Positions 35,782-39,906 of a stretch of DNA of 39,906 bases are shown one piece after another. The stretch lies in UHGV virus genome UHGV-0235614. One strand, 5' to 3'. The notes below the pieces were generated by a model that was not told the origin of the DNA, did no database searches, and was given only the letters and a program-made list of their open reading frames with translations. The DNA is from a virus. Both the position numbers and the translations under genes were made by a program. Position 1 is the first letter of the stretch. Each line of letters begins with the position of its first letter.

Positions 35782-36381
35782 ATGAGAGAAGATGTAAGTC
35801 GCGCACTGCAAGAATTCAAAATCAAAACTTTTGGAAACAAAAAGACTTTAGAAAAATCAGAATCTTTGCTTTCTGATGACGAAACTGTTTTATTTGTAAC
35901 ACCTACAAATATATCAACAATCATTCTTTCCACACAACAACAGTTATTAACACTTCCTGGTATTGTATATTTAACAGATAAGCGCTTTATTTTTATGCGG
36001 AATACCAAAACACCCAACAATGATTTTTTGCCATTAGAAAAAGTAACTCATATTGATTTCAAAGCAGACGGATTACAACCTGGTGCTATAATTGTTGGCG
36101 ATGATGCAAAAATGTTTTCATTTATTGTATCCTATAAATTCGATGCCGTTGCAAAAGTATTGGAAACATTCAATTCTGCTTGTGACAAAATTTTGAAAGA
36201 AATTACTACTGATCCAGAAATAGAAAATAACTCATCCGAGCCAGAGCCTCTTATTCTTAATCCGGATTATTCAATCACATCTGCTGCTGATGAAATCAGA
36301 AAATATAAATCTCTTTTAGATGATGGTATTATCACGCAGGAAGAATTTGAAGCAAAAAAGAAGCAATTGCTGAACTTGTAA
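35782..36381 (+). CDS. Bacterial PH-domain + SHOCT protein
   Basis: GIVYLTDKRFIF; C-terminal ADEIRKYKSLLDDGIITQEEFEAKKKQLL. Confidence 0.8.
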   Translation: MREDVSRALQEFKIKTFGNKKTLEKSESLLSDDETVLFVTPTNISTIILSTQQQLLTLPGIVYLTDKRFIFMRNTKTPNNDFLPLEKVTHIDFKADGLQPGAIIVGDDAKMFSFIVSYKFDAVAKVLETFNSACDKILKEITTDPEIENNSSEPEPLILNPDYSITSAADEIRKYKSLLDDGIITQEEFEAKKKQLLNL

Positions 36382-36508
36382 AAATCACTTACAATTTCCC
36401 CTGCTCCCTGTGAGCGGGGGGACAATAAAAAACTGAATAATATATTTACCCAGGCAACTGGGAGGGCGTTTCCCACCTGCTTCTAGTCTTGCGGAAGGGG
36501 TGGTTGAT

Positions 36509-36592
36509 ATGAGTACATATGAAGAATTTATGATTATACTGACAACTGCTGGTTTAATTGTAGCCATTCTGAATTACACGCATAAAAAATAG
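36509..36592 (+). CDS. 27-aa holin-like type I toxin peptide (not in the ORF track)
   Basis: MSTYEEFMIILTTAGLIVAILNYTHKK*: single TM plus basic tail; RBS AAGGGGTGG. Confidence 0.75.
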   Translation: MSTYEEFMIILTTAGLIVAILNYTHKK

Positions 36593-36685
36593 ACGCCCTG
36601 ACTTTGGTAGAGTTGACGTCTATTCTTTAGATACTTACTATTACTGAAGCAGATGGGGTACGACCATCGCCCCAGTTGTCTTGTT
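36584..36685 (-). ncRNA. Antisense antitoxin RNA (~100 nt)
   Basis: Starts downstream of a consensus promoter and ends at hairpin aatagacg...cgtctatt+T tract overlapping the toxin stop codon. Confidence 0.65.
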
Positions 36686-36691
36686 AAGTAT

Positions 36692-36719
36692 ATTATAGCA
36701 AATATGCTTTAAATGTCAA
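36692..36719 (-). promoter_or_regulatory. Antitoxin promoter
   Basis: TTGACA-16-TATAAT with TG extension. Confidence 0.8.
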
Positions 36720-36752
36720 TTCAAACTATCGACTGATCAGAAAGGAGCTATC

Positions 36753-36938
36753 ATGGAACGAATTATAAGTAACAAAGTCCGTTGCAAAAAATGCGGTGAA
36801 ATTATAAAAAGCCAAAATCGACATGATTTTATAACCTGCAAATGTGGAGCTGTATCTGTTGACGGTGACCACGATTATCTGAAGCGTTCTGGCGACTATG
36901 AGGACTGAGAAGAACTTAGTGAATGTGAAGATACTTAA
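36753..36938 (+). pseudogene. Small Cys-rich Zn-ribbon gene, truncated by TGA near the 3' end
   Basis: MERIISNKVRCKKCGEII...HDFITCKCGAVSVDG..YLKR...ED*EELSE; TGA at 36906-36908; AAGGAG RBS. Confidence 0.6.
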
Positions 36939-36963
36939 AGAATAATATACTGGAGATAATTAA

Positions 36964-37410
36964 ATGACTGATACTGAATTCAATAAACTTATGTCTATGC
37001 AAAAGCACATAGATGATGCTAAAATAGAATTACCTTTAGCTGGTGAGATTGGAAAACCTATCACAGTTTTTTCTGACACTACTACTGATATTTTTATTAT
37101 TGATTCCGATCGAAGAAGTACCATTAGTTTGGAAAAGAAAAAGCTCCAAGAACGACATATGAATACACAGGAACGCCTTATTCGTTTGGAAATTGATGCT
37201 CGACCGCATACAAACCCAGACGGTACGATTTTATCCAGAAACCATATTCATGTTTTCAAAGAAGGTTTTGGGTTATCTTATGCATACGATTTGGATTCCT
37301 TTGATGGCAATTTATTCAAAGATTTGACCAGCTTTGAGCAAGTCTTCTATGACTTCTGCGAATATTGCAACATAAAATATGACGAAACAGAAATACAGGG
37401 TGTGATATGA
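36964..37410 (+). CDS. DUF6978-like protein with a His-rich motif
   Basis: LIRLEI...HTNPDG...HIHVFKEGFG...F.DFC.YCNI. Confidence 0.65.
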   Translation: MTDTEFNKLMSMQKHIDDAKIELPLAGEIGKPITVFSDTTTDIFIIDSDRRSTISLEKKKLQERHMNTQERLIRLEIDARPHTNPDGTILSRNHIHVFKEGFGLSYAYDLDSFDGNLFKDLTSFEQVFYDFCEYCNIKYDETEIQGVI

Positions 37411-37411
37411 C

Positions 37412-38179
37412 ATGAAAACTAATTTTAAACAAATATATATGGATTGGCTAAATGAAAATATCGAACAGGCTAAAATTCGCAATAATTTGTACCGCATCAC
37501 ATTTCCATACCTAGATCGCAACAATGATCACATAGAAATATACATCAAAGAAGAATCTGATGGCAGCTACACGCTCACTGATGACGCCGAAACCATCGGA
37601 GAATTAGAATTTTCTGGATTAGATATTTTTTCAAGTCAAAAGAAAAAGGATATTTTGAATACTATACTATGCTCTCATGGTATAAATATCGATGATGACC
37701 ATTGTTTGTATGTAAATTGTGATAAGCAATCATTACCTGCAAAAAAACATATGCTGACTCAATGCATGATAAAAGTTAGTGATATGTTCTATCTTGCAAG
37801 GCCAAACATAAAATCACTATTTATTGAAGATGTAAAAGATTTCTTTACCCAGAACAATATTTATGGCATCCCCGATATAAGTTTTTCCGGGAAAAGTGGT
37901 TTGCTTTCAACTTATGATTATGCAATCTCTCCAACCCCAAACAGTTCTGAGAGATTGATTAAAATAGTCAATAATTTGGATGTGCCGAAAGCAGGATATA
38001 TTACTTTCCTTTGGGGTGATACTAAAGAAGTCCGCCCTGCTGGTTCAAAATTATATGTGTTTATCCAAGATACCAATAAAACAATTTCTCAAAAAGCAGT
38101 AAATGCCATGAAAGAGTATCAGATTAAACCTGTTTTGTGGTCTGAAAGAGATTCATATATACGTGAATTAACAGCATAA
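37412..38179 (+). CDS. DUF1828/DUF1829-like protein
   Basis: ITFPYLDRNNDHIEIY, LTDD and FSGKSG...YDY motifs. Confidence 0.75.
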   Translation: MKTNFKQIYMDWLNENIEQAKIRNNLYRITFPYLDRNNDHIEIYIKEESDGSYTLTDDAETIGELEFSGLDIFSSQKKKDILNTILCSHGINIDDDHCLYVNCDKQSLPAKKHMLTQCMIKVSDMFYLARPNIKSLFIEDVKDFFTQNNIYGIPDISFSGKSGLLSTYDYAISPTPNSSERLIKIVNNLDVPKAGYITFLWGDTKEVRPAGSKLYVFIQDTNKTISQKAVNAMKEYQIKPVLWSERDSYIRELTA

Positions 38180-38182
38180 ATG

Positions 38183-38290
38183 AAAACCGCCTCTGTTGAC
38201 GCAGAGACGGTTTCAAATCGGCAATACCGAAGATGGTATCAACCAACCTTTTGACCAAGATATTGTATCATCTTCGGGCAGTCATCGCAA
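38183..38290 (-). ncRNA. Candidate ~75-nt sRNA antisense to the integrase leader, with promoter
   Basis: TTGCGA(38285-90)-17-TACAAT(38262-67), TG-extended; terminator at 38183-38213 pairs best on the minus strand. Confidence 0.5.
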
Positions 38291-38293
38291 GCG

Positions 38294-38305
38294 GAACACC
38301 TGTTC
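38294..38305. promoter_or_regulatory. LexA (Cheo) box-like site
   Basis: GAAC-acct-GTTC upstream of the integrase. Confidence 0.5.
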
Positions 38306-38365
38306 TTTGCTGGCTGTTATTTTTATACCCTTTTTTACATACATTTACACAGGAGGAATGATACT

Positions 38366-39906
38366 ATGCAGGAAAATATCTCCATCAATCAAATTATCAT
38401 GTATCTGAGAAAATCCAGATCAGATGATCCGTGCATGACGGTAGAAGAAGTTCTGGCCAGACACGAACGCCAGCTTCAGGATTACGCCGTTGCGTCTTTT
38501 GGATCACCTGTTCCGGAACACCACATCTTCCGGGAAGTGGTATCCGGAGAAACCATTGCAGACCGACCGGTGATGAGACAGCTTATGCATCTGCTAGAAT
38601 CCGGTTCTGTCCGTGGTGTCCTGGTCATTGAGCCGCAGCGTCTTTCCCGTGGTGATCTGGAGGATTGTGGAAGGATCATCAATGCCTTCCGGTATACCAA
38701 TACGCTGGTCCTTACTCCACCGAAAACATATGATCTCTCCGATGAATACGACCGGAAGTTTTTTGAAATGGAGCTGACCAGGGGAAATGATTATCTGGAA
38801 TATACCAAAAAGATTTTAAACCGCGGCCGGCTGGCATCGGTAAAGCAGGGCAACTACATCGGAAGCGTTGCTCCTTACGGATATCGCAAGGTTAAGATTG
38901 GCAGTGGAAAAGATACCGCCCGCACACTTGAAATCGTTCCTGAGCAGGCTGACGCGGTCAGAATGATGTTTCAGCTCTATCTGGCAGGTAACGGATTTAC
39001 CCGGATTGCTGCAGAACTGGATGCTCTTGGCATCAAACCTCTGAAATCGGATCACTGGTCTCCTGCTGCCATCAGTGAAATGCTCTCCAATCCGGTTTAT
39101 ATCGGAAAAATCCGATGGAATCATTTCAAGACGGTAAAGACCATGCAAAACGGTCAGATCACCAAAACACGACCTGCAAATTCAGATTACATACTGGTCC
39201 AGGGCAAACATCCGGCAATTATTGATCAGAAAACGTTTGACGCTGTTGCCGCCCGCCGTGGAACTGCTCCAAAAGTAAAACGTGGTCATGAACTCCGTAA
39301 CCCGTTTGCCGGACTGGTCTATTGTGGAACTGCCGGATGCGGACGCTCCATGACATTCAAACAGTTTACAAACTACCGGAGCAAAGTTCCCCGCCGATCA
39401 GAAAGCATGATCTGTCCAAATCAACGTATCTGCCATACAAAATCGGTACAATATAGTGCTTTTGTGGAACGTGTAAAAGAAATATTATCGAAGACGGTGG
39501 ATGATTTTGAAATTAAATTACAGAATGATGAAGGGAATATTGTCCGGATCCACGAGAATATCATCCGGAATCTGGAACAGGATCTTGTGAAATTAAAGGA
39601 TAAGGATCTGCGTCAGAAAGACGCTTACGAAGATGGGATTTATACCAAAGAAGAATATGCTTCCAGAAATGCCAAGCTGCAGGAACAGATCTGCGAAGTG
39701 CAGCTTTCCATCCAGCGGGCAAAAGATACCATGCCACCGGAAGTTGATTACCAGGAACGAGTTTCCCGATTTTCTGACTGCCTGTCTAAATTTGAAGATA
39801 CGGATATTTCAGCATCGGAAATGAACTTACTCCTCAAATCCTGCATTGAAAAAATCATATATCACAATTCCAGTGAATCCAAGCCTGGTATCGGACGATT
39901 CGTTGC
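38366..39906 (+). CDS. Large serine recombinase (integrase), 525 aa when joined to 1-37; absent from the ORF track
   Basis: AGGAGG RBS; YLRKS catalytic Ser, VSG...RP, RLSRG, PYGY and Zn-ribbon CGTAGC...CPNQRIC motifs. Confidence 0.95.
   Translation, partial: MQENISINQIIMYLRKSRSDDPCMTVEEVLARHERQLQDYAVASFGSPVPEHHIFREVVSGETIADRPVMRQLMHLLESGSVRGVLVIEPQRLSRGDLEDCGRIINAFRYTNTLVLTPPKTYDLSDEYDRKFFEMELTRGNDYLEYTKKILNRGRLASVKQGNYIGSVAPYGYRKVKIGSGKDTARTLEIVPEQADAVRMMFQLYLAGNGFTRIAAELDALGIKPLKSDHWSPAAISEMLSNPVYIGKIRWNHFKTVKTMQNGQITKTRPANSDYILVQGKHPAIIDQKTFDAVAARRGTAPKVKRGHELRNPFAGLVYCGTAGCGRSMTFKQFTNYRSKVPRRSESMICPNQRICHTKSVQYSAFVERVKEILSKTVDDFEIKLQNDEGNIVRIHENIIRNLEQDLVKLKDKDLRQKDAYEDGIYTKEEYASRNAKLQEQICEVQLSIQRAKDTMPPEVDYQERVSRFSDCLSKFEDTDISASEMNLLLKSCIEKIIYHNSSESKPGIGRFV

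Larger units (their letters stand above)
1..39906. mobile_element. Complete circularly permuted temperate siphophage genome (excised/attP form)
   Basis: Full set of lysogeny, replication, packaging, head, tail and lysis modules; integrase frame is continuous across the 39906/1 junction; no host genes seen. Confidence 0.9.

Noticed and set aside
18844..36938. Stop-codon recoding (TAG or TGA read as sense)
   Set aside because: Only a few small accessory genes are interrupted; core genes are intact in the standard code and use TAG/TGA as true stops; no suppressor tRNA seen
38196..39824. Short ORF-track calls in this interval
   Set aside because: They overlap the integrase frame (38366 onward), which the track missed because its stop lies across the junction
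1..39906. CRISPR array, tRNA or rRNA genes
   Set aside because: No repeat-spacer pattern or cloverleaf seen in the intergenic regions by eye; tRNAscan-SE and a CRISPR finder would confirm

Overview
The window looks like a complete, circularly permuted ~39.9 kb temperate siphophage genome. The host is probably a gut Clostridia/Lachnospiraceae-type Firmicute (inferred from gene families and sigma-A/LexA-type sites). The large serine integrase at the right end runs off the window and continues in frame into positions 1-37, and an intact attP-like palindrome sits at 112-167. The minus strand carries, from right to left: Cro and early genes; a replication module (HUH rolling-circle Rep, degenerate RNase H, two SSBs, an HNH-like protein, ParB); a late activator; an AT-rich 3-gene moron; terminase, portal and a MuF-ADP-ribosyltransferase with a candidate immunity gene; a phage-encoded Prp protease; head, tail and lysis genes. 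The plus strand carries the lysogeny module: repressor, ImmA protease, PH-SHOCT protein, an unannotated type I toxin-antitoxin locus, a DUF6978/DUF1828-9-like pair and the integrase. The best leads are the Rep/dead-RNase H/long-hairpin replication module, the MuF-ART toxin pair, Prp with three LQxF|A substrates, two candidate defence cassettes and several promoter-terminator-defined antisense RNAs. All family names come from motif recognition by eye; no database search was run.
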